From an uncultured Alphaproteobacteria bacterium (lineage in GTDB: Bacteria > Pseudomonadota > Alphaproteobacteria > RF32 > CAG-239), in NCBI GenBank assembly GCA_944391435.1, contig CALXTP010000084.1, positions 1 through 59,489 of the forward strand: 59,489 nt of DNA, written 5' to 3'. The notes under the pieces are model-generated. The model saw nothing but the letters and a program-made list of their open reading frames with translations. It searched no databases and was not told the DNA's origin. A program made the position numbers and the translations under genes. Of the stretch, positions 9,848 through 21,841 are shown piece after piece. Numbering within the stretch: the first letter of the stretch is position 1; every line of letters starts with the position of its first letter.

Positions 9848-10708
9848 TTAAATTTTCTTACAGTTTGCCATACAGACTTCAACGGCAGCCTGGTTGGCGG
9901 CGTCGTGTGCTTCTTGCTGGGATGTGCCGTTAAGCAGCGATGTGATAAAAGCGCCGGCAAAAGCATTTCCGGCACCATAGGCAAAAGCCTGCTTAACGCT
10001 GCTGCTGTTTCTGACCACGGTAACCTCGTTTCCGTAAACGCGGCTCTCCCTCGTAACGTCCGTAATAATCAGATATTGAAGCCCGAACTCTTCTTTAAGT
10101 TTCAGGCACATTTCTTCCGTAGAGCCGCTCATCCGCAACAGTTGCTTGATAATTTTGAGCTCGTCAACATTCAGTTTTAAAACGTTGGCTTTTTGGAGCA
10201 GGGCTTTGATGGTTTCTTTGTCATAATAATCTTGGCGCAGGTTAACATCAAAAAATTTAAAAGCCTGCTCAGGCGCCGCATCAATCAAATCCAACATCGT
10301 TGCCCGCGAATAGGGTTTGCGCAAAGCCAGCGTCCCGAAAAAAACGGCATCGGCGCTGCGGATGCATTTGTCTGCCGCTTCCGTATAAGGGATATAATCC
10401 CATGCGGCATTTTCAAGAATATGTGCCGTGTGCCTTCCATCCGAATTTTTAAAAATCAAAACCCGCCCGGTCGGATATGGCGTTACCGCCAAAACGGGAG
10501 TAATGTCATTTTTGTTGAGTTCGGTAATGACCTCCCGCCCGAGATCATCCGCGCCTATGGCGCTGACAAGCGAGCCCCTGGCGCCGAATTTGACGGCATG
10601 GTTCAAAAAATCGGCCGGTGCCCCGCCGAGCTTACGGCTGTCCGGCATAATATCAAAAACGACTTCGCCGATGGCAACGACATGAGGTTTTTTATTTTTT
10701 CCCGTCAT
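9848..10708 (-). CDS. PfkB-family carbohydrate kinase (fructokinase-like) with altered catalytic motifs
   Basis: IGEVVFD, GGAPAD, FDVNLR and KLNVDE motifs; C-terminal GAGNAF instead of GAGD. Confidence 0.85.
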   Translation of the reverse strand: MTGKNKKPHVVAIGEVVFDIMPDSRKLGGAPADFLNHAVKFGARGSLVSAIGADDLGREVITELNKNDITPVLAVTPYPTGRVLIFKNSDGRHTAHILENAAWDYIPYTEAADKCIRSADAVFFGTLALRKPYSRATMLDLIDAAPEQAFKFFDVNLRQDYYDKETIKALLQKANVLKLNVDELKIIKQLLRMSGSTEEMCLKLKEEFGLQYLIITDVTRESRVYGNEVTVVRNSSSVKQAFAYGAGNAFAGAFITSLLNGTSQQEAHDAANQAAVEVCMANCKKI

Positions 10709-10731
10709 AGCCCCTCTGTTTACAGATAAAA

Positions 10732-10747
10732 GTTAAAATTTAGTTAA
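10732..10747 (-). promoter_or_regulatory. Putative CtrA box TTAA-N7-TTAAC upstream of the PfkB gene
   Basis: Minus strand reads TTAA CTAAATT TTAAC, 24-39 nt upstream of ATG 10708. Confidence 0.5.
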
Positions 10748-10772
10748 GAGTATAATCGTTTTTTTCTGAGAG

Positions 10773-12305
10773 TCAACGCGATTCATACTTGTGCAAGCGC
10801 AAATTTAGGCTGTCTTCCAATATTTTTCCGGTTTGCACCGAGGAAATTTTGCAAAGCCTGGTGGGTTCCCCTCTGCGATACCAAGATTGGTAAGAAAGGC
10901 AATCGGCCTGTTTGCCGAGTGCGTTATAGCTGTCCAGAGCAAAATGCACCGCATCCGGCTGCTGATGGTAAAGGTTTATGTTTTTCATAACCGACGGCAG
11001 GCGCAAAATTTCTCCGTGCGGACCGACTGCAGCCAGGCAGGTGTGTTCCGGCAGGTAATATTCGCAAAACAGGTTATTGTTGTCAAAAGCGATAATAGGC
11101 AGTTCTTTGGGAACAAATTGGCGAATGTCGCTGACCAGCTTCTGCGTTCCCGGGTCAAAAGAAGACGCCTTGATATCCAGATACGAGGGGATAAATCCCA
11201 GCACCGCCGCTATCAGAAATCCGCAGTTCAAAAAGCGGATTCGGCACAAAACCAACGCCCCGGCCGCATACCATAACAAAGCAAAGGCCATCATATAACG
11301 TGCCGTCAGCATCGGCCGTACCCAAAACGACAAAGCCAGCAGCAGCAGATAGCTGCCGATAACTGCAAAAGAAACGGCATAAAAAAACTTTGCCTGCCGT
11401 TTATTTTTTGGATTTGCCACATTTTGAGCGTTACCAACAATCTGCGGGCAGAAAATACCGCACCAGACGGAAAAGCTTAATGCCGTTGCGGCAAAAACGG
11501 TCAGCAAAAACAGGCGTGATTGTAAAATCTCTTCATACAGCGGCGAAATAAAAAATGACGGGCTCATCAAAACGAATGACATATTGACATACCAGTATTG
11601 GCCGATGATGCCGCCGGTTTTAAGCGGGACGGAGAGCCATGGCGCAAAGCAGAGAGCGCATACCGCCGCCGTTGCCAGCAGTTTCTTTATTTCCGAAGTT
11701 TTTTTGTGCCGCCATAAGTCAAGCAAAATAAAGCCGTATAAAAACATCAGCAGGAGAGCACAGTAATAATGCGTATAAAGCGCCGCCGCCGTTGCCAGGC
11801 CGAATTTGGCATAGTCGCCGCGTTTGGGCGCATCCGCGAGCCTAAGGCCGTATACGGCAGCCATAAGCAACAGCAGGGCAGAAAGCATATAAGCGCGTAC
11901 CTCAAACGCCAGCCATAGCGAATGCGGCATCAGCATAATAAGCGTCATCAGCCACAGCGCCGCTTTATCGCCGTAATCGCGCCGGAATGCTGTCGCCGCA
12001 AAAAGCTGCGCCGCAGGCAACAGGATGAATGACGCAAAATGGGCACCGAAAATTTCATAAGATTCCGGAAACAGCACCAAAACGGCTTTCAGGTACAAAT
12101 AATAAAGCGGCGGTTTGGAATCTTCGGTAAACAGGAGATGAAACATCTCCGGCAGGCTGTCTTTTGCCATCAAAACCGAATAGATTTCATCTGTCCACAA
12201 ATTGATATTGTTGATAAGCGGTACATAAAGCAATGCCGTCAGCGCGATAATCAGCCCTGCCGCAACTTTGAAATCCGGAAAAATATGATGTAAAAGGAAG
12301 CGCAT
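10773..12305 (-). CDS. GT-C fold (GT39/PMT/ArnT-like) membrane glycosyltransferase
   Basis: LWTDE after TM1, DSKPPLYY, EVRAY and YTHYY motifs; many TM segments. Confidence 0.8.
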   Translation of the reverse strand: MRFLLHHIFPDFKVAAGLIIALTALLYVPLINNINLWTDEIYSVLMAKDSLPEMFHLLFTEDSKPPLYYLYLKAVLVLFPESYEIFGAHFASFILLPAAQLFAATAFRRDYGDKAALWLMTLIMLMPHSLWLAFEVRAYMLSALLLLMAAVYGLRLADAPKRGDYAKFGLATAAALYTHYYCALLLMFLYGFILLDLWRHKKTSEIKKLLATAAVCALCFAPWLSVPLKTGGIIGQYWYVNMSFVLMSPSFFISPLYEEILQSRLFLLTVFAATALSFSVWCGIFCPQIVGNAQNVANPKNKRQAKFFYAVSFAVIGSYLLLLALSFWVRPMLTARYMMAFALLWYAAGALVLCRIRFLNCGFLIAAVLGFIPSYLDIKASSFDPGTQKLVSDIRQFVPKELPIIAFDNNNLFCEYYLPEHTCLAAVGPHGEILRLPSVMKNINLYHQQPDAVHFALDSYNALGKQADCLSYQSWYRRGEPTRLCKISSVQTGKILEDSLNLRLHKYESR

Positions 12306-12437
12306 GTACTAAGACTTTCATTTAAAATATGATAAAGCATAAAAAGAAAAGTGCAGCCCGTCAATTGCCGAAATCCTTTTGCGCACAACGGAACAAGTCT
12401 GCGCCGGCAAAAGGTCGATTCCTCCAATGGGTTTAAT

Positions 12438-12471
12438 CAAAAAAACTGCCGTCCCTTGCGGTAACGGCAGT
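12438..12471 (-). terminator. Putative intrinsic terminator of the atp operon
   Basis: ACTGCCGT..ACGGCAGT stem followed by a T-run on the minus strand. Confidence 0.65.
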
Positions 12472-12511
12472 CTCGTTTCTTTTCGGCTCATACACCTGCG
12501 GCATGCCGGAC

Positions 12512-12880
12512 TCAACGCCCGGGTTTCTCCGTTTTTAGATAATCGCACAACCATTTGTAAAAAGGATTGGGAAAATCGGCATAAAGAGCCTCCGCCTTTT
12601 CAACCGTCAACTCTTTGCGTGCCAACGCCGATTCGGTCAAAATCGTGCAGGTATCGTCATGAATGTCGGCCGCTCCGCCGGATATCAGCCATTCTTCTTC
12701 CACGCCGTTGTTTTCGTTCAGCAGCCTGACCGACCCCATATCCAGCGCCATCAGCGTCGGCGCCCTGCCTTTGATGACCGTCAGCGGCTTGTCATCGGAC
12801 GGCAAAAATATCCGGTATGCTTTTGTGCTGAGGGCAAGCCTTTCCGGCATATAAATTTTCAGCTCAATATCCGCGGCCAT
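12512..12880 (-). CDS. atpC: F1 ATP synthase epsilon subunit (divergent)
   Basis: Follows atpD; LKIYMPER, RAPTLMAL and ISGGAADI..CTILTESA fit the epsilon beta-sandwich. Confidence 0.85.
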   Translation of the reverse strand: MAADIELKIYMPERLALSTKAYRIFLPSDDKPLTVIKGRAPTLMALDMGSVRLLNENNGVEEEWLISGGAADIHDDTCTILTESALARKELTVEKAEALYADFPNPFYKWLCDYLKTEKPGR

Positions 12881-12883
12881 GGC

Positions 12884-14452
<1,569 letters not shown>

Positions 14453-14521
14453 TCATAAGCCGTTTTTACGTTTCGGCCAAAACTTTTATCCTGCCGCCGT
14501 TCCGGCAGAAAATAAATTTTT

Positions 14522-15436
14522 CTACATTGCCTCCGCCCCGGCCACAATCTCCGTCAGCTCGGTTGTAATGGCCGATTGCCTGAGGGTGTTATATTTAAAC
14601 GTCAGCGAGTTAATCATCTCGCGGGCATTGCGGTTGGCATTATCCATAGACCCCATGCGCGCCGCGTGTTCTGACGCCTGCGAATTGATAAGCACTTCAA
14701 ACATGGACGTACGCATGTAAACATCAGACAGCTTTGCCAGCATGGATAATATATCCGGCTGATAATCATAAAAAGCATTGCCGATACGGTCGGCCATGGC
14801 ATCTTCCTCCGTCTGTTCAATGCCGAAAGGGACAACTTGTTTTGAAACCAGCGTCCGCGACAGGCCTGACAGAAAATCGCTGTAAACAATCTCGCAGATG
14901 TCGGCATGATATTGTTCTTTTTTTTGGCACACGTCATGCAAAAAAGACAAGGCTTCTTCATACGTCAAATGTTTTTTGATAACATTGGGGTAATTGCTTT
15001 CAATATCCGTAAAGCCGAGGCGTTTCAACGCCGTATATCCTTTTTTGCCATAACAAAAGACAATGGTTTCTTTGCCTTGCTTGTGCAGCTCATCAATCCG
15101 CCGTTTGGCTTCTTTGGCAATTTGCAGGTTATAGCTGCCGCACAGGCCACGGTCTGATGCCAGTACAAAGAGGGCATAGCGCTTGGGGTTTGGCGGTTGC
15201 CGCAACATCTGCGGCAACACAAAGCTGATGCCTTGTTCCGCTTCTTTGGCGTGAAGTGCAGCCAAGACGTTTTTGATATTGCGGATAATCATTTTTTGGA
15301 ACAGCTCGCTTTTATCCAGCGTCAATTGCGCCCGGCGGTATTTTGATGCTGCCACCATTTTCATCGCCGAGGTAATTTTTTGCGTGGACTTAATGCTTTC
15401 AATGCGCGTCCTCAATTCTTTTAAACCAGCCATCAT
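14522..15436 (-). CDS. atpG: F1 ATP synthase gamma subunit
   Basis: KITSAMKMVAASK, SDRGLCGSYN and RQSAITTELTEIVAGA. Confidence 0.96.
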   Translation of the reverse strand: MMAGLKELRTRIESIKSTQKITSAMKMVAASKYRRAQLTLDKSELFQKMIIRNIKNVLAALHAKEAEQGISFVLPQMLRQPPNPKRYALFVLASDRGLCGSYNLQIAKEAKRRIDELHKQGKETIVFCYGKKGYTALKRLGFTDIESNYPNVIKKHLTYEEALSFLHDVCQKKEQYHADICEIVYSDFLSGLSRTLVSKQVVPFGIEQTEEDAMADRIGNAFYDYQPDILSMLAKLSDVYMRTSMFEVLINSQASEHAARMGSMDNANRNAREMINSLTFKYNTLRQSAITTELTEIVAGAEAM

Positions 15437-15439
15437 CAG

Positions 15440-15568
15440 CCCTTTCTATTTTTCTTGCGGTTGTCGCTAACCTTGTCCCTTTCTATTTCTTTTTGCGGTT
15501 GCCGCCGGCTTTAGCCCTCTCTGATTTTTGCGGTTGCCGCCGGTTCTTTTTGTGCGGGCGACAACCGC
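15440..15568. repeat. Three imperfect ~36-bp direct repeats plus an 11-bp inverted copy in the atpA-atpG spacer
   Basis: Exact TTTTTGCGGTTGCCGCCGG at 15490 and 15525; CCCTTTCTATTT at 15440 and 15477; GCGGTTGTCGC (15457) inverted at 15558. Confidence 0.75.
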
Positions 15569-15745
15569 GCCGGAAAACCGAAACTCAGGAAGCAATGAAA
15601 CATCATAACCGTATCCAAACGCCAAATTTTTAATCCGTCTGCCTTCCGGTTTCACGTCTAAACTTTCGCCCTCCGGCTTTGCCCTTCTTGCTTCATTGCT
15701 CCAAAGCTTCTATATGCCGTCGCCGTCTCCCGTTGCTTATGCCGC

Positions 15746-17323
15746 TTAAGCGGCTGTGGTGTCTTTTGCGGCAGCTTCGTCGGCTTTGGCCTTTTTGAAT
15801 GCCGCAACACATTGTTGAACAAACGCAGCAAGCTCTTTATCCAGCTCTTCCGAGATAATTTTCTTTTCACGGATTTCTTTCAAAAGGCTGCTTCTCTCGC
15901 GTTTGAAACAACCGAGCAGATACGTTTCAAACTCTTTGACTTGCTTAACCTCAAGCTCATCCAAAAAGCCCCGTGCGCCCGAAAACAGTGAAACGACTTC
16001 TTCTTCAAGTGGCAACGGATGATAAACCGGCTGTTTCAGCAGTTCCGTCAGTCGGGCGCCGCGTTCCAGCAATTTTTTGGTAGAAGCGTCCAAGTCGGAA
16101 GAAAACTGTGAAAAGGCAGCCATCTCGCGATATTGCGCCAAATCAAGCTTCATCGTTCCCGCCACTTGCTTCATTGCCTTAACCTGTGCCGCAGAACCGA
16201 CACGGCTGACCGAAATGCCGACATTGACTGCCGGGCGGACGCCTTGGTAAAACAGTGCCGTTTCCAAAAAGATCTGTCCGTCGGTAATGGAAATAACATT
16301 CGTCGGAATGTACGCCGATACGTCGCCAGCTTGCGTCTCAATAACCGGCAGAGCCGTCAGCGAACCGCTGCCTTCTTCTTCATCAAGTTTGGCGGCGCGC
16401 TCCAAAAGCCTTGAGTGCAGATAGAACACATCGCCCGGATAAGCCTCGCGCCCCGGCGGACGACGCAACAACAGGGACATTTGCCGATAAGCCGTCGCCT
16501 GTTTGGACAGGTCGTCATAAAAGATAACGGCATGCATGCCCCTGTCGCGGAAATATTCGCCCATGGCGCATCCGGCGTATGGGGCAATATATTGCAACGG
16601 TGCGGCGTCAGAAGCCGTCGCCGCCACCACGATGGTATAGTCTAGTGCGCCGTAATCGCGGAGAGTTTTGACCACCTGTGCCACGGTAGAGCGCTTTTGC
16701 CCGATAGCGACATAAATGCAAAACAGTTTGTCTTTGTCGCTTTTAGCCGCATCGTTGGTCGCCTTTTGGTTGATAATCGTATCAACGATAATGGACGTTT
16801 TTCCGGTTTGGCGGTCGCCGATAATAAGTTCGCGTTGCCCGCGTCCGATAGGGATAAGCGAGTCAATCATTTTCAACCCGGTCTGCACCGGTTCGTGCAC
16901 GCTGCGGCGCTCAATAATTCCCGGTGCACGCGTTTCCACGTTGGCAAACTCTTTGGTTTTGATTGCGCCCAGTCCGTCAATCGGCTGTCCGAGGGCATCT
17001 ACGACGCGCCCCAGCAGTTCTTTGCCGACCGGAACGCTGATAATCGTTTTGGTACGCTTAACCGTATCGCCTTCTTTGATTTCCGCGTCTGAACCGAAAA
17101 TAACCACGCCGACGCTGTCTTCGCCGAGATTAAGGGCCATGCCTTTAACGCCGGATGAAAACTCAACCATTTCGTTGTATTCTATGCCGGTCAGCCCGTA
17201 AACGGTAGCAATGCCGTCGCCGACGGAAAGAACGCGTCCGACTTCTTCCATATCCGGATTAAAGTTGTACTGTTCTATTTTCTCTTTCAGAATTGCGGAG
17301 ATTTCTTCTGCCTTAACCGCCAT
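15746..17323 (-). CDS. atpA: F1 ATP synthase alpha subunit
   Basis: [31 protein letters not shown] and SVSRVG. Confidence 0.98.
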   Translation of the reverse strand: MAVKAEEISAILKEKIEQYNFNPDMEEVGRVLSVGDGIATVYGLTGIEYNEMVEFSSGVKGMALNLGEDSVGVVIFGSDAEIKEGDTVKRTKTIISVPVGKELLGRVVDALGQPIDGLGAIKTKEFANVETRAPGIIERRSVHEPVQTGLKMIDSLIPIGRGQRELIIGDRQTGKTSIIVDTIINQKATNDAAKSDKDKLFCIYVAIGQKRSTVAQVVKTLRDYGALDYTIVVAATASDAAPLQYIAPYAGCAMGEYFRDRGMHAVIFYDDLSKQATAYRQMSLLLRRPPGREAYPGDVFYLHSRLLERAAKLDEEEGSGSLTALPVIETQAGDVSAYIPTNVISITDGQIFLETALFYQGVRPAVNVGISVSRVGSAAQVKAMKQVAGTMKLDLAQYREMAAFSQFSSDLDASTKKLLERGARLTELLKQPVYHPLPLEEEVVSLFSGARGFLDELEVKQVKEFETYLLGCFKRERSSLLKEIREKKIISEELDKELAAFVQQCVAAFKKAKADEAAAKDTTAA

Positions 17324-17371
17324 CTCACTTTCCTTTCGCCTTACTCGTTACGAATAACATTTTCCCTCCTG

Positions 17372-17929
17372 TTAAGCCTTGCCTTGTTTAATCAGGCTTT
17401 CTATTTTATTAAGCTTGCTTTCCAGCGTATCGTCAATCAGCTGCGATGCAAAGCGCACTCTTAATCCGCCCAGAACTTCCGGCTTGATAAAATATTCCGT
17501 CATGACCGTTCCGCCGAGTTTTTTTTCCAAAACGCTGCGCAGCCGTTTGTCTTGTGCCTCCGATAAAGGGACAACCGTATCCACGGCCACCCGGATAATG
17601 CCTTTGTCTTCATAATAAAGGCTGATAAACTCGTCGGCAATCAGCCCGATGATGTTCAGCCTGTCGTTGCCGGCAGCCAAAAGCATTGCTTCTTTTGAAA
17701 TATCCGAAAGCTTAATTTTTTTGGCCAGGTCGGCAATAATGCGTTTTTTGACCTCGTCATCATCGGCCGGCGCTGCCAGCAGCTTCCAGGTTTCGGGGGC
17801 AATGCGGCAGGCGTCTTTGATTTGTTTAACCTCATCAAAAACTTTATCTTCCGCTTTTTTGTCTTTGGCTGCATCCAGCCATGCCCGCGCATAGACGGAA
17901 GCCATTTTATATTTAGAAACTTTTTGCAT
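17372..17929 (-). CDS. atpH: F1 ATP synthase delta subunit
   Basis: YARAW N-terminus, EVLGGLRVR..LIDDTL C-terminus, and first position in atpHAGDC. Confidence 0.92.
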   Translation of the reverse strand: MQKVSKYKMASVYARAWLDAAKDKKAEDKVFDEVKQIKDACRIAPETWKLLAAPADDDEVKKRIIADLAKKIKLSDISKEAMLLAAGNDRLNIIGLIADEFISLYYEDKGIIRVAVDTVVPLSEAQDKRLRSVLEKKLGGTVMTEYFIKPEVLGGLRVRFASQLIDDTLESKLNKIESLIKQGKA

Positions 17930-18158
17930 AGGCGCTGTTGTCTCCGATATTTCCTGTTTAGGTTTTGTCTTTTTGAAAACCTTTTAACCATGGCTAACAC
18001 AAAATTACTTATTTTAAATTAAAATTTCCACCCTTAAACGTATTTTTTCACAATCAAATTGCAGAAATTGGTATGGAAACGGAAAATATAAAAAAAAAGA
18101 ACCTCCCGTTAAAAAACGGAAGGCGCGAAGATACGCTTGCACGGGCCTTGGCCGCGCT

Positions 18159-18806
18159 TCAGGCTTTGGCCATAAAAAAGCCGATGCAGAGTAAAATTGT
18201 ACGGTCAAACCGCGAATTTCTCCCCGTGCAACGCTCAACGCCGAGATTGTCATAAAGCTCGTTGCCGGCAATAAACCAGCCGTTGCGGAGCATTTTGAAA
18301 TACCCGTCGTTAAGAAAGGCGATTCGCTTGTTGTCGGCATCGTATAATCCCGGTGTGCACGAACCGTCGCCGTTGCCATGGCAGGCAATGTAGTATTTTC
18401 CGTCTTTAAAAACCTCTGCGTTTTTTAAGCCGGTGCCGATACATTTTCCGTCTGCGGCAAACAGGCTGAAGCCGGTTTCGCCTTCCAGGCGGTAGCACCC
18501 GTTGGAAAAGAGCAGGGCTTTTGCGCCAAAGGGGCAGAGTTGCTCGCCGTCTTTGGAAAAAAGGGCACTTCCTCCGTCATTTTGGGCAATGGTAAACTTT
18601 CCATCCGCAGCGTTAAAAACACGCCTGACGTTCCCGAAAAAGAACGGGCATCGCCCCGGAAAGAAAAACTGGGCCAGATTATTTTTCAGGATAACAACCG
18701 TCCAGCCGTTGTTTAAATATTGAACTCTTTTAATAAGCTCCGGTGCCGTCCGCGAACGGATGTCTTCGGAAAGCGGCGTTTTACGAAATAATTTTGTCAG
18801 TTTCAT
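18159..18806 (-). CDS. Hypothetical protein (ORFan, 215 aa, repeated F-x-N/D-G beta-turn segments)
   Basis: Long ORF between priA and atpH with its own TTGACA promoter (about 18862-18867) and a downstream hairpin. Confidence 0.65.
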   Translation of the reverse strand: MKLTKLFRKTPLSEDIRSRTAPELIKRVQYLNNGWTVVILKNNLAQFFFPGRCPFFFGNVRRVFNAADGKFTIAQNDGGSALFSKDGEQLCPFGAKALLFSNGCYRLEGETGFSLFAADGKCIGTGLKNAEVFKDGKYYIACHGNGDGSCTPGLYDADNKRIAFLNDGYFKMLRNGWFIAGNELYDNLGVERCTGRNSRFDRTILLCIGFFMAKA

Positions 18807-18942
18807 AAAAAATCAAAATAATTAAATGTCCGAAGAGGAAAATAAGTAAGTTTTTCGGTGTTGTCAACCGGAAACGCAAAAAAAAGTCCGGCCGTGTGCG
18901 TCTAAAAAACACTCATGCCTTTTTTATTATCAGCCCGCTGTT

Positions 18943-21123
18943 TTACATGAAAGAATAAGGGTTGATATCCACGTCTACCCGCACGTTGCTTTTGATTTTG
19001 ACCATACTGAGCCATTTTTTCAAAACTTCCTGGATGCTGACGTTGCGCGCGGTTTTCAGCAGCAGGCGGTAGCGATAGCGCCCGCGCAGCAGGCTCATCG
19101 GTGCCGGCGCCGGCCCGAGCGTGTCTATCAATTCCGTATGCGGGGCGCATTTGCCGAGATAATAGGCGGCGGCTTCGGCCGCATCTTGATTGGCGGATGA
19201 AACAATCAATGCCGCCAATTTGCCGTACGGCGGCATTTTGAGCAGGCGTCTGGATTCTTTTTCCGTTTCCAAAAACTTTTCGCGGTTATGTTCAATAACG
19301 GCCTGCAGCACCGGGTGGTCGGGGTAGAGCGTCTGCAAATAGACAACCCCTTTTTTATCGCCGCGCCCGGCCCGTCCGGAAACTTGTTCCAACAGCTGGT
19401 AAGTCTGTTCGCTGGAACGCAAATCCGTTCCCATCAGTCCCAAATCCGCATCAACCACGCCGACTAATGTCAAATCCGGAAAATTATGCCCCTTGGCCAA
19501 AATCTGCGTGCCGACCAGAATATCTATTTCCCGGTTGGCCGTCCGGCGGATGACGTCGGATATTTGTTTATAGTTGGTCGTAATATCGCTGGAAAGGATG
19601 GCTGTGCGCGCTTGCGGAAAGCGGTTGCGCACTTCTTCGGCGATTCTCTCCACGCCGGGGCCGCAAGCGGTCAATCCGTCTTCTGAGCCGCATTCGGGGC
19701 AGCGTTTCGGCGTATACATTTTAAAGCCGCAATGGTGGCAGATGAGTTCGCCTGTAAGCCTGTGTTCGGCCAGCCACGCCGTACAATGCGGGCATTGGAT
19801 GCGGTATCCGCAGTCGCGGCAAATAAGCAGCGGGGCATAGCCGCGGCGGTTTAAAAACAGCATGGACTGCTCACCGCGTTTCAAATTGGCATCCAGCTCG
19901 CTGACCAGCGTCGGCGCCAAAAAGGAAACGCCCCACGGCCCTTTTTGCGGCTTGTCTTTTTTAAGGTCTAAAATTTTGATTTCCGGCAGCACCGCCTTGG
20001 CAAAGCGCCTGGTCAGCTTAACGCAGTCATATTTCCCTTCTTCCACATTGGCGATTGTCTCCAAATCCGGCGTCGCAGTGGAAAGGATAATCGGAATTTT
20101 TTCCAAATGGGCGCGGAGTACGGCCATATCCCGCCCCTGATAGGTAACCAGGCTTTCCTGTTTAAAAGAGTGGTCATGGCTTTCGTCGGTAACGATAATT
20201 CCGAGGTCGGCAAAAGGCAAAAACAACGCCGAACGCGCCCCGACGACAACTTTGGCCTTGTTGAGCGAAACGGCTTTCCAAGTTTTGGCTTTTTCCCGCA
20301 CGCCGACTTCCGAGTGCCAGATAAAAGGGGTAACGCCGAAGCGGCGTTCAAACCGTTGCAGCCATTGGGAGGTCAGCGAAATTTCCGGAACCAGCACCAA
20401 GACCTGTTTGTTTTGCGCCAGAGCCTCGGCCACGGCTTCAAAATAGACTTCCGTCTTGCCCGAGCCGGTAACGCCGTCCAACAGCGTCGCAGAAAAGCCC
20501 GAACCTACTTTTCGCACCAATATTTCCGCGGCTTTTTGTTGTTCGTCTGTCAGCATGGCCGTCCGGCTCAGGTTTATTTTTTGTTCTTCCGCCTCTTCGT
20601 TGACCAGCACGTCGCGTTTATACAAAAAACCACTTTTAATCATGGCGTTGATAACCTGGCTGCTGGCCCCCGTGGCTGTGATAATGTCGTCTTTTTCAGC
20701 TTCAAATCCGCCGCCGAGAAAGTCGAACACCGCTTTTCGCGCTTCGGAAATGCGGATTCCTTCCAGATTCTCGTTTTTTATTTTCAATCCGTAAAGCGTC
20801 ACTTTCTGCTTGGGCAGCTGGTTGCTCTTATGTCCGAGGACCATTTTTAACACCAGCCCGCGCGGAGCCATATTATATGCAGCCGTTTTGCAGATAAAAT
20901 CCATCATTGCCGGCTGCAGGGGCGGCAGGTGAAGCACCTGTTTGACCGGTTTGATTTTTTTTGGGTCTAAATCGGCGCTTTTGCCCTTTTTCCAGACCAC
21001 GCCTGCCAAATCCTCCCGCCCGAAAGAAACCTCAACCAGTTGTCCGGGCGTCAAATCCTCATCCGCGGCATAATCAAACACGTCGTCAAAAGGCAGAGGT
21101 AAAAGGATGCCGTAGACCGCCAT
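18943..21123 (-). CDS. priA: Primosomal protein N' (PriA helicase)
   Basis: GVTGSGKT, DESH, LFLNRRGY, four CxxC pairs and QVSGRAGR. Confidence 0.97.
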   Translation of the reverse strand: MAVYGILLPLPFDDVFDYAADEDLTPGQLVEVSFGREDLAGVVWKKGKSADLDPKKIKPVKQVLHLPPLQPAMMDFICKTAAYNMAPRGLVLKMVLGHKSNQLPKQKVTLYGLKIKNENLEGIRISEARKAVFDFLGGGFEAEKDDIITATGASSQVINAMIKSGFLYKRDVLVNEEAEEQKINLSRTAMLTDEQQKAAEILVRKVGSGFSATLLDGVTGSGKTEVYFEAVAEALAQNKQVLVLVPEISLTSQWLQRFERRFGVTPFIWHSEVGVREKAKTWKAVSLNKAKVVVGARSALFLPFADLGIIVTDESHDHSFKQESLVTYQGRDMAVLRAHLEKIPIILSTATPDLETIANVEEGKYDCVKLTRRFAKAVLPEIKILDLKKDKPQKGPWGVSFLAPTLVSELDANLKRGEQSMLFLNRRGYAPLLICRDCGYRIQCPHCTAWLAEHRLTGELICHHCGFKMYTPKRCPECGSEDGLTACGPGVERIAEEVRNRFPQARTAILSSDITTNYKQISDVIRRTANREIDILVGTQILAKGHNFPDLTLVGVVDADLGLMGTDLRSSEQTYQLLEQVSGRAGRGDKKGVVYLQTLYPDHPVLQAVIEHNREKFLETEKESRRLLKMPPYGKLAALIVSSANQDAAEAAAYYLGKCAPHTELIDTLGPAPAPMSLLRGRYRYRLLLKTARNVSIQEVLKKWLSMVKIKSNVRVDVDINPYSFM

Positions 21124-21128
21124 GCCGC

Positions 21129-21731
21129 TTATTCTCCGATAAGAAGGGTCGCATCTTGCAGCCGGACCGTAACGCCGGTGCCGTCAAGATAAGCCAGCAG
21201 ATAAAAAAGCGGCGCATAGGAAGACGGGTTTTCGTCCGGTTCGCCGCCGCAGATGGTTTTATGGATATTTTGGAGTTTTTCACGGTTAAGCGGAGCATCG
21301 GAAACGGCACTGATACGCAAATCGTTTTCGGTTTGTTCAACGGTAATTTTGCCGCCCTTGACCAAAACGTCAGCCATCATCATGACCGCCGGCATAACCA
21401 GCTTGTAAATTTTAGGCGTGGAAATGCGGATTTCGGTAGTAATGGGCAGATTCGGATTGCCGAGCGTCAACAGATAATCGCCGGTAATGCCGGCCAGTTC
21501 TTCCGTCGTTTTGACCGCCGCGTTTGAAAGCCCGAAGCACAGCCGGAAAAACTTAAGCCGCCGGCTCAAAACCCGCGAGCTGAAATTAAGGATGTTGCTT
21601 ATGTCTTCCTTGTCCTCTTCATCGCCTTCATTAAGCAGTTCCACGGCATTGGCAACCGCCCCGATGTTGCCGATAAGGTCATGCGACAGCCGTGTCGCAA
21701 TCATTTCGCTGAGATGGATATCCTGATTCAT
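21129..21731 (-). CDS. chpT: Histidine phosphotransferase ChpT
   Basis: ATRLSHDLIGNIGAVANAVELL phospho-His helix, RLKFFRLCFG, and a degenerate C-terminal CA domain. Confidence 0.85.
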   Translation of the reverse strand: MNQDIHLSEMIATRLSHDLIGNIGAVANAVELLNEGDEEDKEDISNILNFSSRVLSRRLKFFRLCFGLSNAAVKTTEELAGITGDYLLTLGNPNLPITTEIRISTPKIYKLVMPAVMMMADVLVKGGKITVEQTENDLRISAVSDAPLNREKLQNIHKTICGGEPDENPSSYAPLFYLLAYLDGTGVTVRLQDATLLIGE

Positions 21732-21841
21732 TATTTATTCCTTACATTGGTACGACTTGCTTCTTATACGGCAAAAATATTCATAATCGGTTAATTTTGC
21801 CTGTAACGGCACCGCTTTTTTGCAAACGGAAACATTCAAAG

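Noticed and set aside
15467-15655. 62-aa ORF in the atpA-atpG spacer as an extra ATP synthase subunit
   Set aside because: GTG start with no clear SD, runs through the repeats, and resembles no known subunit.
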